A DNA stretch of 63,096 bases, counting the filler, from Octopus bimaculoides (Eukaryota): NCBI RefSeq assembly GCF_001194135.2. It is 6 parts of 5 records of this genome, joined end to end, with 100 filler letters (N's around TTAATTAATTAA, not from the genome) between each part and the next. Parts side by side here need not be neighbours in the genome. Positions count along the whole stretch, not along the records: positions 27,599 to 41,280 come from NC_068981.1; positions 41,381 to 55,030 come from NC_068981.1; 4 more parts are not named here. The stretch is one strand, 5' to 3'. Made by a program: the position numbers and the translations under genes. Each line of letters opens with the position of its first letter. The first letter of the stretch is position 1. Shown piece after piece: positions 39,075 through 51,777 of the stretch. The notes below the pieces were generated by a model, which saw nothing but the letters and a program-made list of their open reading frames with translations, searched no databases and was not told the DNA's origin.

Positions 39075-39205
39075 GCTACTTTATTTTATCAACCCACGAA
39101 GGATAAGAGGAAAAGTTGATCTTGGTGGGATTTGAACTCAGAGAGTTGTAAACAAACACCGCGAGGTATTCTATCCAACGCTATAACGCCAGGCCAATTT
39201 GCTGT
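39075..39205 (-). mobile_element. Decayed Deu/Nin-like SINE
   Basis: TACTTTATTTTATCAACCCACGAAGGATAAGAGG...TTTGAACTCAGA. Confidence 0.6.
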
Positions 39206-39568
39206 CGTTCATGTAAACAAATTTATTTTGAATGATTTACTTTCTGCGGTCTGCAGATGAAGAGAATCGATGTATGAATATATTTATATGCTTTTTACTT
39301 TCTAGAAACATAATTGTGTCCAGAATAGAAGTAAATGAATTTAGTTTTAAATGTGTGCATTGAAAATGTGTAAGATTTTTCCGAAACTCATTATAATTAA
39401 AATCTACTTTTTATCTGTAGTTTTTATCAAAGGTCCAGCGACAAAACTTTTTCCTACTTTAAAAACAAATCAGCCCACTTCATTATCAGAAAAAAGCAAA
39501 AATTTAATAAAGTAGACATACATGCGTACATTTATACACACTCACTCAAACACACACACACACACACA

Positions 39569-39629
<61 letters not shown>

Positions 39630-40983
39630 NNNNNNNNNNNNNNNNNNNNNNNNNNNNNNNNNNNNNNNNNNNNNNNNNNNNNNNNNNNNNNNNNNNNNNN
39701 NNNNNNNNNNNNNNNNNNNNNNNNNNNNNNNNNNNNNNNNNNNNNNNNNNNNNNNNNNNNNNNNNNNNNNNNNNNNNNNNNNNNNNNNNNNNNNNNNNNN
39801 NNNNNNNNNNNNNNNNNNNNNNNNNNNNNNNNNNNNNNNNNNNNNNNNNNNNNNNNNNNNNNNNNNNNNNNNNNNNNNNNNNNNNNNNNNNNNNNNNNNN
39901 NNNNNNNNNNNNNNNNNNNNNNNNNNNNNNNNNNNNNNNNNNNNNNNNNNNNNNNNNNNNNNNNNNNNNNNNNNNNNNNNNNNNNNNNNNNNNNNNNNNN
40001 NNNNNNNNNNNNNNNNNNNNNNNNNNNNNNNNNNNNNNNNNNNNNNNNNNNNNNNNNNNNNNNNNNNNNNNNNNNNNNNNNNNNNTATATATATATATAT
40101 ATATATATATGATGTCGGAATAACTAACTTAAGAATATCTTTACATGACCCTTATGCAAAAAGTCGGTGTTTCTCATAGGTTCATGAAAAATTAATGTGA
40201 AAGAAATATTTATTCGCCTCCAGCAAGAATAGAATATATTAGATAAGTGTGTTCAAAACAAAAGGCAACAAAAAAAATAATAAAATAATACCAACAAAAA
40301 CAAACAAACAAAAACAATACAACAAAAACATATTAATGTAAGCCAAAAAGTACTAAATAAATATCTGCACGTAAGAAATCTAGACTTTTGACTCTTTATA
40401 ACTATGCTTTTCCCTTCCATGACAATTTTACATTTAAACGAACTTATCAATCAATGTACATTTATTTGCCAAATGGTCTAAGTTGTTTTTATTTGTTCTT
40501 GTGTTTTGTTCTATGGGTTGTTATTGTCGTTGTATATTCTTTATTTTATTTAGTTATTTATTAGCATTTATAAATAACAGACAAAACATTAGTGTACAGC
40601 ACCGTACGCACGGACGTAAAAACCAAAAGAGCGTAAATATGTATGCGTTCACAAGTAACCTGCTTGTTGAGGCCTACACCCGTGTGCGCGCATGCAGCTG
40701 TGCTTGTGTGTGGACGCGTACGCACAGATGTACATACGTGTGTGTGTGTGTGTGTGTATGTATGTATATGCATGTGTGCGTGCATTTTGGCTTTTGTGTC
40801 TGTATATTCGTGCGTATGAGATATACGTCTCCGAGTCTTTGTGTGTTCATATGTGAATAAATGTGCGTAAAATTTAGCATTTATACACGTTAGTGTTTAT
40901 GCCTGTCCTATACAGTCATACACGTTTGTGTATGTATATGCGTATGATCTGTGCATACGTATGCATACAAGTCTCTTTTTGTG

Positions 40984-41016
<33 letters not shown>

Positions 41017-41225
41017 TTGTATGTGTGCGTGTATATATGTATGTGTGTGTGTGTATGCATGAGTATATGCATGTATGTGTGAATATATACACATACAGAG
41101 AGAGAAACACGCAAACATATATACATAAATAAACAGGTACACGTGCATTTCCTTCTGTCTACGCATGTGTATATGTAAACAAACTTTGATATTGTTATGC
41201 ATGCATGACTAACTTATTATGTATG

Positions 41226-41280
<55 letters not shown>

Positions 41281-41804
41281 NNNNNNNNNNNNNNNNNNNN
41301 NNNNNNNNNNNNNNNNNNNNNNNNTTAATTAATTAANNNNNNNNNNNNNNNNNNNNNNNNNNNNNNNNNNNNNNNNNNNNACTTCCGACAGTTTATGCGG
41401 TCAACTAAGACGATTGCACAAAAAAAAAACGCGGGAAAAAATGATTTACTACCGAAATCGAACTGGGTGCGGAACTAAAAAAATTACCTAAACTTCTTCG
41501 CATACGGTTGTTATTTTGAAATACCTGTCTTCTAATATTTGTGAGTCCATCAAATAGATATTCAGCCCTATTAAATGTTGATCTTCCTAAACATGAAATA
41601 ATAAGACAGTTCCAGCCCTAAATAAATTTAACTCATACTTTTAAAGATGTTCTTTAGGATAACGTGAAATATTGAACTTCAGATAGAATAAAGTAAAATA
41701 TAGCTGTGAATAAAAGGTTCGTAGATTATGAATTTTGATTGAAGGGATGGGGCCTCAAAATAAAAAGTTGCAAGAGGTTTCTAAAAGTTATGCGACGGCC
41801 CTGC

Positions 41805-41945
41805 GTTCTGAATCGAATTCTGCCGAGGTTAACTTTGCCGTTTATCCTTTCGGGGTCGATAGAATAAGTTGAATACTGGAGTGGATGTAATCGACTTGGC
41901 CCCTTCCTACAAACTGCTGGTTTTGTGCCAAAGTTGAAACCAATA
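41805..41945 (+). mobile_element. Deu/Nin-like SINE, 5'-truncated
   Basis: GCCGAGGTTAACTTTGCCGTTTATCCTTTCGGGGTCGATAGAATAAG...GATGTAATCGACTT. Confidence 0.75.
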
Positions 41946-42606
41946 TTTACAAATGTAAGTTCGAATCACACGGGCAACCTTCGACTTTTTCTATCTAAAG
42001 CTTTTTTTTTTTAACCTAATGTTTACACACTGCTATTTATAGCTTTATCTACTTCGAGTGCTACCATTAAAAAAAGAAGAAAGGAAGGAATGAAGAAGAC
42101 GAACGAAAAACTGAAAGAGTCAGGGATTAAGAAGAGATCAAAAAAGTAAAGAGAAAATATAGAGAAATAGAAATGTATAGGGAAGGAGAAATATAGTGAG
42201 AGAAGAAAAAATAGACGAAGAAATAAAAAATGGAACAAATAGAAGATAAGGAGAGAATAACAAAGAAACCCTGAATTTGTAAAGAAGAATGCTAAGGGAA
42301 ACAAGAGGAAGGAAAGGAAGTGTATAAGAGAAAAGATTACTAAGAATAGAAAGAAAGTGATAAAGACGTTGGTGTGAAGAGCAACAGGTTCACTTGTAAG
42401 AAATCATTATGAAACAATGTTTTATTTTATTAGTTATTATTACTTCTTCAGTCTTTGTTTCTTTTTATTTTTGTTTTGTTTCTTTGTATTAGCCCTCAGG
42501 TTCCCTCTTGTCTCTCTTTTTTATTCTATTCCTTTATACACTCTGATTCGGTGTACCTTTCTAATTACTTTCATTCTAATTTCTTTCTCTATTCATTTAT
42601 CTATTC

Positions 42607-42657
<51 letters not shown>

Positions 42658-43284
42658 GCCTTAATTTCGCCCCTCCTTTCTGCCTTTTTTCTTTCAATCT
42701 TTCCTCTTTCCACCTTCCTTTCTTTATTTCTTTATCTGTCCTCCCTTATCTGTTTCTTCTTTCTTTACTTTCTTTAAATTGCATCGACTCGCCATTCAGA
42801 CTCCTTTAGTTCAAACATGTAGGTTTTTAATATATAAAACTTTGCCTGTCTTTTCCTATCTCTTTCCTCTTACAGCCACTTTAATCATCCTGAACTGCTT
42901 CACCCCACTCCCCCCCCACACACACACACCTTATGTCTAATGCCTTATTTTAAACTCTTCATATATATAAACCGATTTATTATTAATCTGTTTATTATGT
43001 AATGATTTTTATTTTATATTAATCTATTTTTCAAATGATTCCATTTTATTTATTGGGTCTTCCCAAACCCTCAGATCCTGATGAAATTAATGCTATTAAT
43101 GCTTTGCTTTGAACCAATGTAACTCTTCACCTGCGGGAAAGATATGAGCAGAAAGGATATTCCAGTGGAATGACTTTCTGGGAAGGACGGTCTGGATGTA
43201 ATGATTAGCATAGGGTTTGTGCTGTTGGATTCAAGAATAATAGGAGGAAGAGAGATGAGTGGAAGGAGACTGCCCGAGTGGAAA

Positions 43285-43503
43285 CAGCATAAGATTAGGC
43301 AGTAAGTAAGTAAATAAAAAATCCTAGCTGGCGACTGGAGGAGGAGGCTGTCCTCCCAACCAATGCTGTGGGTACCGCTGGATAACGGACTCTGGTGATA
43401 ATTTTATTCCACGCTTTCTGATCCATGGCGCAGGCCTTAGCATGCTTGAGGAAGAGGCGCTGTGACTTCAGATCTTCTTCAATTTGTTTCTCCACGAAAA
43501 CCA
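43285..43503 (-). mobile_element. RTE-like LINE 3' end with an (ACTT)n tail
   Basis: ORF 43295-43504: KQIEEDLKSQRLFLKHAKACAMDQKAWNKII; short tandem tail AGTAAGTAAGTAA on the plus strand. Confidence 0.45.
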
Positions 43504-43506
43504 TTA

Positions 43507-43560
<54 letters not shown>

Positions 43561-44149
43561 AGAGAGGAGACAGGAAGCCTGGGTGCCAGAGGCTGGAGTG
43601 TGTCTCTGAGTGACTTTATGCTAATCACTAGAGTAACCAGCCCTTTTCTGGATCCAGCCTAAGATGTTTGTGTGCAACAACAGTCCTATCTCAAGTCTAA
43701 TGGCAATACTAACCACAATAATAGGAAACAAAACACCCTACGAACTTACAAATACGTGCAGAATAATTAAAATTTGAAACAAAAACAGATAACATGGTAA
43801 TTCAGCCAACAAATGACTTCCAAGTGTAAGCACGTACAGTCCAACTTAGAGAAGCACAAAACACAATAAATAGTGCTGAAAACGTTAACGTAAAATGACA
43901 AACAAAACAGTGAAAACATTGACATTAACCACTTGTTTATTAATCACTGTATTAACCAGAAGTTATCTTGATTTTATAAAAGTCGTGGGCACTAGAGAAT
44001 TCTTTGATACGAACCATCTCAAGGAAAATAAGATATGAACTAGGTATACCAAGATAAACTGTAATATTCTACTGTGCATGAAAAGGTAAGGATAAAGGTG
44101 ACATGACTCTGAGTTTAAAAAATGGTGGTATTTCTATATGCCCCTGAAA

Positions 44150-44960
44150 GAGGAATTTTAGGAAACCCCGTCGATGTGCTGCAGGATTTGTGCTTCCTAA
44201 ACTGGAAAAGGGCATATAATAGTGCTCTCAAGATTGAGAGACCTGACTCTCAAGATCGAGAATGAAACAAGAAAACAGGCAGAGTTAGTGCATCACGCCT
44301 GCTCACAGACTGGTACTGTAGTTTGTGTGGAAAGGGAGTATACGAGTCACAACTACAGATATGGGTATTGATGTGAACTCTAAACTTGTTGTCACCTTCG
44401 CGACACAATTTGGAGAGATGAGTAATGCGGAAGCTACCTGCTACAAAATGGTTTGGGGGGTTAGGGTTAGAATTCATACCTTCATAACTCATGAAAAGCA
44501 CAAGGCTATTCTGAAATTTTACCTTAATGGGAAGGTGGAAGCAGAGAGAGTATCAATCAGATTGGTGGTGTAGGGCTGAAGACCCAGTTGCTGCACATGA
44601 CAGAAAAGTAACTCGAGTGATTCTTTCCAGAAAAAGCAGGAAATTGAGAAAAGATGGTGGTGCCTATGACGGCTGATGCTGCTTCTCCTGCACCTTCCAC
44701 TGTTTCTACAATGGCACCAGTCGGAGCCGGAACAGAAGCAAACACTAGGAGAATTGTCTAATGCTCAAATCCATATGGACTAAGAGCCGACAAGACTAGG
44801 ATATCGAGAAACCGAAGAGTTTTCTTTTCCTACACAAGTCTGCCCAGAATCCCCTCTGATCAGTAGCTCCAATTCATTGTCTTATAGCGATAAGGAGATA
44901 ACACTTGGGGACAAAAAATGGGAACCGTCGAAAACAATAAGAAAGAAAAGAGCAAAAACG
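44150..44960 (+). mobile_element. Decayed gag-like ORF1 of a non-LTR retrotransposon
   Basis: GC-balanced island; broken frames with ...TFATQFGEM... and a G-x-R-P-S-C-C knuckle-like remnant followed by a low-complexity Ala/Pro/Ser/Thr stretch. Confidence 0.35.
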
Positions 44961-45170
44961 CGAGTCATCCCAGACGGAAAATAGTAGGTTAAGGAAAATC
45001 TCCTGCAGAGGCATAGAATGTTCGCCTGCAGTATCCTGAACTTCGTTGTTACTTCAACGAATGTCGAGAACCTAATGGGGGGGGGGGGTGAATGACCCTA
45101 AAGACGACAAGAGGAATATTGTATGTATGCGTTGTATGTGTTTATGTAAATATGTATATGCGTATGTATA

Positions 45171-45203
<33 letters not shown>

Positions 45204-45228
45204 ATGTATTATGCAAGTATGTATATAC

Positions 45229-45314
<86 letters not shown>

Positions 45315-45316
<2 letters not shown>

Positions 45317-47220
45317 TTAGTTCCGTCAACCATAACTTAAACCAACATAATGAATATAGTGGTATTGATGTTGGAAGTACAATTGAAATAAATAGTAGTA
45401 GCACCTCTAATGATAATAATGTGAATCATGGGTCTAGTTCATATATGGAAATAGGAAATATTAGTATGCCTGAATGATTCTATCTGATAGCATGATAGAA
45501 ATGGAGTTAGATAGTAATAAAAGTGATCATAATAAGCCTGATAGTAGAATTAATAATAGGGGAAATAATATCAATGCGAATAATTGTAACAACAATAATT
45601 TAAATCTTAGTAATAATATTCGTGTTGTTGATAGTTCCACTAGTTGCAATTGTAGAAATAAGTCCCGTTGTCCGTTATTAGGCCGATGTCTCACCAGAAA
45701 CGTAGTATATAAATGCACAATAAGTACTATAACTGATGATTATATTTACTTGGGCTGTACGATTAATTTGTAACAGCGTATATATAACCACCTGTCATCT
45801 TTTAGACTTAAACATAAGGCTAATTGTACGTCGTTATCAAATAAAATTTGGGAATTAAAGGAAAGTGATACCAGTTTTAGCCTTAAATGGGTAATTATAA
45901 GAAAATCTCAACCTTATAGGAATAGTAGATATGGATGTGAGCTATGTTCCATGGAAACATGAAATTTTTAAACTTAGAAACAACACTAACCTGATTAATA
46001 ATAGATTAGACCTTAGAGTAATGTGTGTACACTGTTCCAGCTATCATGTTTATCTTAGGCTAAAATTAGTGGATATTTAAATTGAAATTGAACTTTTATA
46101 GCATATTTTTGATCTCTCACCTTAATGTATTATCTTCCTGTGAAAACTAAAATTTTAACTTTATCCATGGATGGTATATGCTTTTACTCGAATTTTTTCC
46201 ATATCACATATGCTATTGCTGTTAGTTTAGTGTGTATCTTACTTAACTTTAAAGAATAGGATGTTTTGAAATTTCTTAATAGTTTTTAATAGTTTTTAAA
46301 CCTTTTAAAATTTTATTTGATGCCTGACCTAAATGATTCATGTTATTCCATTGTTGTTGTAGTATTATCATTGTTATTTTATGGGTGGCTTAAATAAATC
46401 TAATCCTTGTTCCATTATTATTTTGTACTTAGCCCATGTTAGTTAATACAAGTTCCTGATAATTTCAGATAATGCAATCTAATTAAATTAGTACATAATT
46501 ATCATGTTCTCTATTAATAGTTTAGTTCACCACTATATTCTATGTTAATTCCAATCGTTCATTTTATCAGTTTCTTAAACCTTGATGAGTCCATCATTAT
46601 AAACCATGTAAATCCTATGTATCAATTCTTTACATTAGTTATATAATAAATTTTATCTCTTATGTGTCCTTTAAATGATATTAGATATATAAGTTTGATT
46701 TTAAATTTTTAGTCCAATATATATTAAAAAATTTTAATGTCACATCTTATCTATGGTTCCTTATATTGGTGTAAATAAGTCTAAATGTACTTTACCATAG
46801 CATTTTAACTTAATACCACTTCATGGTTTTTGCATACTGCATTAATTGATTATTTACATTATTATACACTATTTCTTTTTATTTCATTATTAATTTATAA
46901 TTAGCTTTTATTTATTCACATATTAATTAAGCAAATCTTGGTATCACAAGTATTTCAAACTTAGCATATGTAAAACAATACTGATACATTATTCTGATTA
47001 ATGAAAACTATGAATAACCATTTACTGTATCTGTACACAATATTGTAACTTTATTTTATATACTTTTGACCTAGGTGCCTTATGTTAATACTTCCACTGT
47101 TCCATTATAAACTGGTCTGCTAGTAGAAAAATCCCCCACCTATAGTAGTTTGTCACTAAACCCTAAGAAATTTTATAACTATATCATCCATGTTTACTGT
47201 CTATACTGCTTACTCCTTTC
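45315..47220 (+). mobile_element. Penelope-like element remnant (Cys-rich linker plus GIY-YIG, followed by a long AT-rich 3' region)
   Basis: CNCRNKSRCPLLGRCLTRNVVYKCTISTITDDYIYLGCTINL*QRIYNHLSSFRLKHKANCTSLSNKIWELK...KWVII...CELCSME; the extent beyond about 46050 is uncertain. Confidence 0.8.
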
Positions 47221-47409
47221 NNNNNNNNNNNNNNNNNNNNNNNNNNNNNNNNNNNNNNNNNNNNNNNNNNNNNNNNNNNNNNNNNNNNNNNNNNNNNNNN
47301 NNNNNNNNNNNNNNNNNNNNNNNNNNNNNNNNNNNNNNNNNNNNNNNNNNNNNNNNNNNNNNNNNNNNNNNNNNNNNNNNNNNNNNNNNNNNNNNNNNNN
47401 NNNNNNTAT

Positions 47410-47750
47410 ATATCGGTGCTGTGTATATAAAGGAGCACTCCGTCGTTTACGACGACGAAGGTCCCTGCTGATACGATCAACGGAATAGCTTGCTCGTGAA
47501 ATTAACGTGCAAGTGGCTGAGCACGCCACAGACACATGTACCCTTAACGTAGTTCTCAAGGAGATTCAGCGTGACACAAAGTGTGACAAGGCCAGCCCTT
47601 TGAAATACAGGTACTACTCATTTTTGCCAGCTGAGTAGAATGGAGCAACGTGAAATAAAGTGTCTTGCTCAAAGGCACAACGCGTCGCCAGGAATTGAAC
47701 TCACGACCTTACGACCGTGAGCCGAACGCCCTAACCACTAAACCACGCTG
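47410..47750 (-). mobile_element. tRNA-headed SINE with conserved central domain (Meta/Ceph-like)
   Basis: Reverse strand: A box TGGTTTAGTGG, B box GAGTTCAATTCC, then TTGTGCCTTTGAGCAAGACACTT. Confidence 0.8.
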
Positions 47751-48151
47751 TGTATATATAACTGTTACATCTATATACATTTATGTGTGTATGTATGTAT
47801 GTATATATATAATTGTTTTGCCTCTAGCGTAGACAAGAATTTGATAAGAAACACAAAAGAGACAATAATCGATCAATAATTTTTTTTATTAATCAATGAA
47901 TCCAACACACTTCATCCTAAATCGAAATTAGAATTTCCGATGACTGTTACTATCCAACTCCAGTGTATAGCAACAAAGGTTGCTTATTATGCGATAATTA
48001 AGTCTGGGGATGAAAGGAATGGGAAAGATAGTTATGTACAACACGTGTTTCAAAAGATGAAGCCGAGCGTGAGTAATGTTTTGCCTAAATATAGACTGAT
48101 GCGTATTTGTGTACGTATAGGTGCTTGAGTATGTGTCTGCATGTATGTATG

Positions 48152-48252
<101 letters not shown>

Positions 48253-49094
48253 ATATATATATATATATGCGTGTATGTGTGTGCATGTTTCTATGTATAT
48301 ATGTGTGCGTGTGTGTGCGTGTGTGTGTATATATATATTTCAGAGATTTAACGTTGCTTATATATATATATATACATGTATTGATGTGCTTGTGCGTTTA
48401 TATATCTTAATTTAGGTGTGAATGTATCTATATGAGTCTTCGAAGAAAGTTGCTCCCATAAATTCCAAAATAAAATTTGGGATTTATGGAGGGTCAAAGT
48501 TGGGAACAAAAAACAGGACAGTGGAGACATACAAGGAAACTGAATGAAAATAAGCATGGAGAGTCGTTAGACCAGAACGAGAGGAAAATAGTGAACGTCG
48601 GGAGAAATATTTTGTTTGAAAAGAGAAAAGATAGAGAGAGATAGAAGACGTCTAGACCTTAGAACGTCGGGCACACACAGACAAGCACACATACATATAT
48701 TGAAAGTACTGGAAATATTGAAAAATACTTGTGGTGTGATATATATGTATCATATGTATATATATTTACATCATATCATCAATATATATATATATATATA
48801 TTATGTGTGTGTTTGTGTTTGTGCGTGTGTGTGTGTGTATGCGTGTGTTTGTGTGTGTGTGTGTGTGCGTGTGTGTGTGTGTGTATGAGAGGTATTGGTA
48901 TCCAGAAGACCGAAGGTGACAGGTAACGCTATGTAAGTGCCATGAAAAGACCGTAGTTAAACTCTCGGTTCGATAATGATACGAGTGAGGAGTCTAATGC
49001 AGGTCTTGTATGAGCATGTATATATATTAAATAAAATGAGACATCAAAGTCAAGGCTGTGTGGAATTTTCAGGACATTTATAAAGAAAAAGTTA

Positions 49095-49146
49095 GTCTTA
49101 CAGCTGTTTCTGTTTGGTATATAATAGATGTCCCTTCATCAGAGAC
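49095..49146 (-). ncRNA. Type I hammerhead ribozyme motif, stem II decayed
   Basis: Minus strand: GTCT-CTGATGA-agggacatctattatataccaaaca-GAAAC-AGCT-GTA-AGAC. Confidence 0.6.
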
Positions 49147-49790
49147 GATGTGAGATGGTTAAGTAGAGGGAAATATTAGAGTTCAATATAAGGAGTTATT
49201 TTGGAAAAGGAAGGAAATAAGGAGTTTATTGGTAAAGAGGAGAATGAATGTAGAAAATAAAAATAAAAATAAAAATATATGAGTATGATATGGTTGCATT
49301 CCATTATCCAAGCTAAGTGGTGTGTAGAAGTGGTAGAAATGCTTCTTGTCCGTGTATGTAAATTCCAATAGGAGTTCATATTTTGTCATCACAAATGGAA
49401 AGTGTGGAGAGGTAGATTTCATGTGCTGTTCATTCAAAGGGCGCTTTTCTCCCCTCTCTATCCACTTAATACTACCACTACATTCTCAAATTTTCATTCA
49501 CACCACAAGACCCCTTTGAATGAACAGAACATGGAATCTCCGTACTTTTCATTTGTAATGACAAAATATGAACTCCTATTTGAATTTACATACCACGAAC
49601 AAGAAGCATTTCTACCATTTCTACACACCACTTTCCCTGGATAATAGAACTGTAACTATAACATCTTTATATATTTTTATTTTCCCCATTCATTCTTCTA
49701 TTTCCCTATATACTCCTTATTTTCTTCCTTTTCCAAAATAACTCTTTATATTGAACTCTAATATTTCCCTCTACTTAACCATCTCACATC

Positions 49791-49842
49791 GTCTCTGATG
49801 AAGGGATATCTCTAATATCCCAGAAAGAAACAGCTGTAAGAC
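49791..49842 (+). ncRNA. Type I hammerhead ribozyme motif with palindromic stem III
   Basis: GTCT-CTGATGA-A-GGGATA(tctctaa)TATCCC-agaaa-GAAAC-AGCT-GTA-AGAC; predicted cleavage after GUA at 49838. Confidence 0.7.
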
Positions 49843-50185
49843 TAACTTTCTCTTTATAAACGTCCTGAAAATTCCATTCTTGGCATTGTTGTCTCATTTT
49901 ATTTCACACGCACACATATCATACCATTAATATTTATCAATTTTTTTCAATACTTTCAATATATGTGTATTTGTTTGTTTGTGTGTGTGTGTGTATGTGT
50001 GGGTGTGCGTGCCTGCGTGTGTGTGCGTACGTGTGTGTGCGTGTGTGTGCGTGTAGTAAGATGTTGCACGGAAAGACGACGGAGGAACAGGAAAAACAGG
50101 TGAAAAACACACAAAATACATGCTCAATCTCATTAGTTATCGACTATACATCATCACAATTTCGACGTCTTACATTCATGTATTG

Positions 50186-50253
<68 letters not shown>

Positions 50254-50282
50254 NNNNNNNNNNGATCGACAAATAAATAGAT

Positions 50283-50320
<38 letters not shown>

Positions 50321-50706
50321 AGAGAAGGAAAAGCAGACAGACAGCTAGACAGATGAATATCAATTGATAGAGATATATTGATTTCTTACATTTGCTATAA
50401 AGCCACAATTTTTTTAAGTGGAATAAATAGACTCATCAATATATAATCGATACTAAATTAATCGATTACGTAGAGATAAAGACAGACTGAACTTTGACAG
50501 GATCTGATCTTAAAACGAACCTAATCTGAACTTTAATAGACCACACACACGTGCGTACGTTAACGCACTCATACACACATACATACACACTCACACACAT
50601 GCACGCTCGCGCTCATTATGCTACAAACACATTAAGCTGCATTACATATCGAACATTATCGCTGTCAATATCAATGTATGTATATGTACGTATGCATGCA
50701 TGCGTG

Positions 50707-50737
<31 letters not shown>

Positions 50738-50836
50738 ATATACGGACTGGGCACAATCGGTAAAAACACGGAACAAATACAAATTCAATCCTTATCAGCT
50801 TTCTTATTAAGGATTCTGTTAGATTCGACCCCTTGA

Positions 50837-50880
<44 letters not shown>

Positions 50881-50890
50881 NNNNNNNNNN

Positions 50891-50928
<38 letters not shown>

Positions 50929-51049
50929 GTGAGTGTGTCTGCATATACGAGTGTGTCTGTATGCACGCGTGTGTATCTAGACACATATACATTCATGCAT
51001 ATATAAATATAGAATATTCCTGTCACTGAATACATATATAAACATCCAC

Positions 51050-51420
51050 AAAAGGAATATTGGTACAAAATTCCCATAAAAACTTTTACCAACTGCAAGT
51101 TTAATACGCCGGATATAGTTCTTTGGACAGACAAAAGATGTATACTGTCGTAGAAGTATCTGCCCTGCTGATGTGAACATCTCTTCGAAAATCAATGAAA
51201 ATGAGGATAACTACAGACATCTGCCTCAGCTTCTGGATTCAGATTTAAAATTGTCATTTACACTGGGAATAATTGGTATGCATGGTCTCGTTAGTAAGTT
51301 CCGAAGTGACAAGTCTGGAGAAGCTAGGGTCTTCAGAAAAAGAAATCAACCAACTAACATGCACATTACTAATTCAAACTGTAAGCGAAATTGTAAAAAT
51401 GTACAAGACTTTATCCAAGT
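51050..51420 (+). mobile_element. Restriction-like endonuclease fragment of an R2/R4/CRE-type non-LTR element
   Basis: Frameshifted EYWYKIPIKTFTNCKFNTPDIVLWTDKRC / VVEVS(C)PADVNISSKINENEDNY...GIIGMHGLV matches the PD-(D/E) catalytic region. Confidence 0.6.
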
Positions 51421-51608
51421 TCGACATGTGACACTGTTTGTTTTCGTTTTTTTTTTAATCTACATTACTTCACTGGAAGATTATACGTTCATTAGAAACT
51501 GACACTCTCCTTACAAATAGAGAACATACACACACATGATATATATATATATATATATATATAAGTAACGATATATACATAAATGGATAGATAGAGAGAG
51601 AGAGATTA

Positions 51609-51687
<79 letters not shown>

Positions 51688-51777
51688 TGCATATACATAC
51701 ATATAGATACATTTACATATATATGTATTCATATATATTTATACATACATATATACAGGCATACATACATATATATA

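Larger units (their letters stand above)
49029..49904. repeat. Fold-back inverted repeat (about 400-bp arms, 70-nt spacer), PLE pseudo-LTR-like
   Basis: 49029-49441 is the reverse complement of 49512-49904; the same peptide FVMTKYELL.EFTY appears on both strands in the ORF track. Confidence 0.95.

Noticed and set aside
43074-43120. CTGATGA followed by the small ATTAAT/ATTAAT stem
   Set aside because: There is no GAAA core or stem III afterwards.
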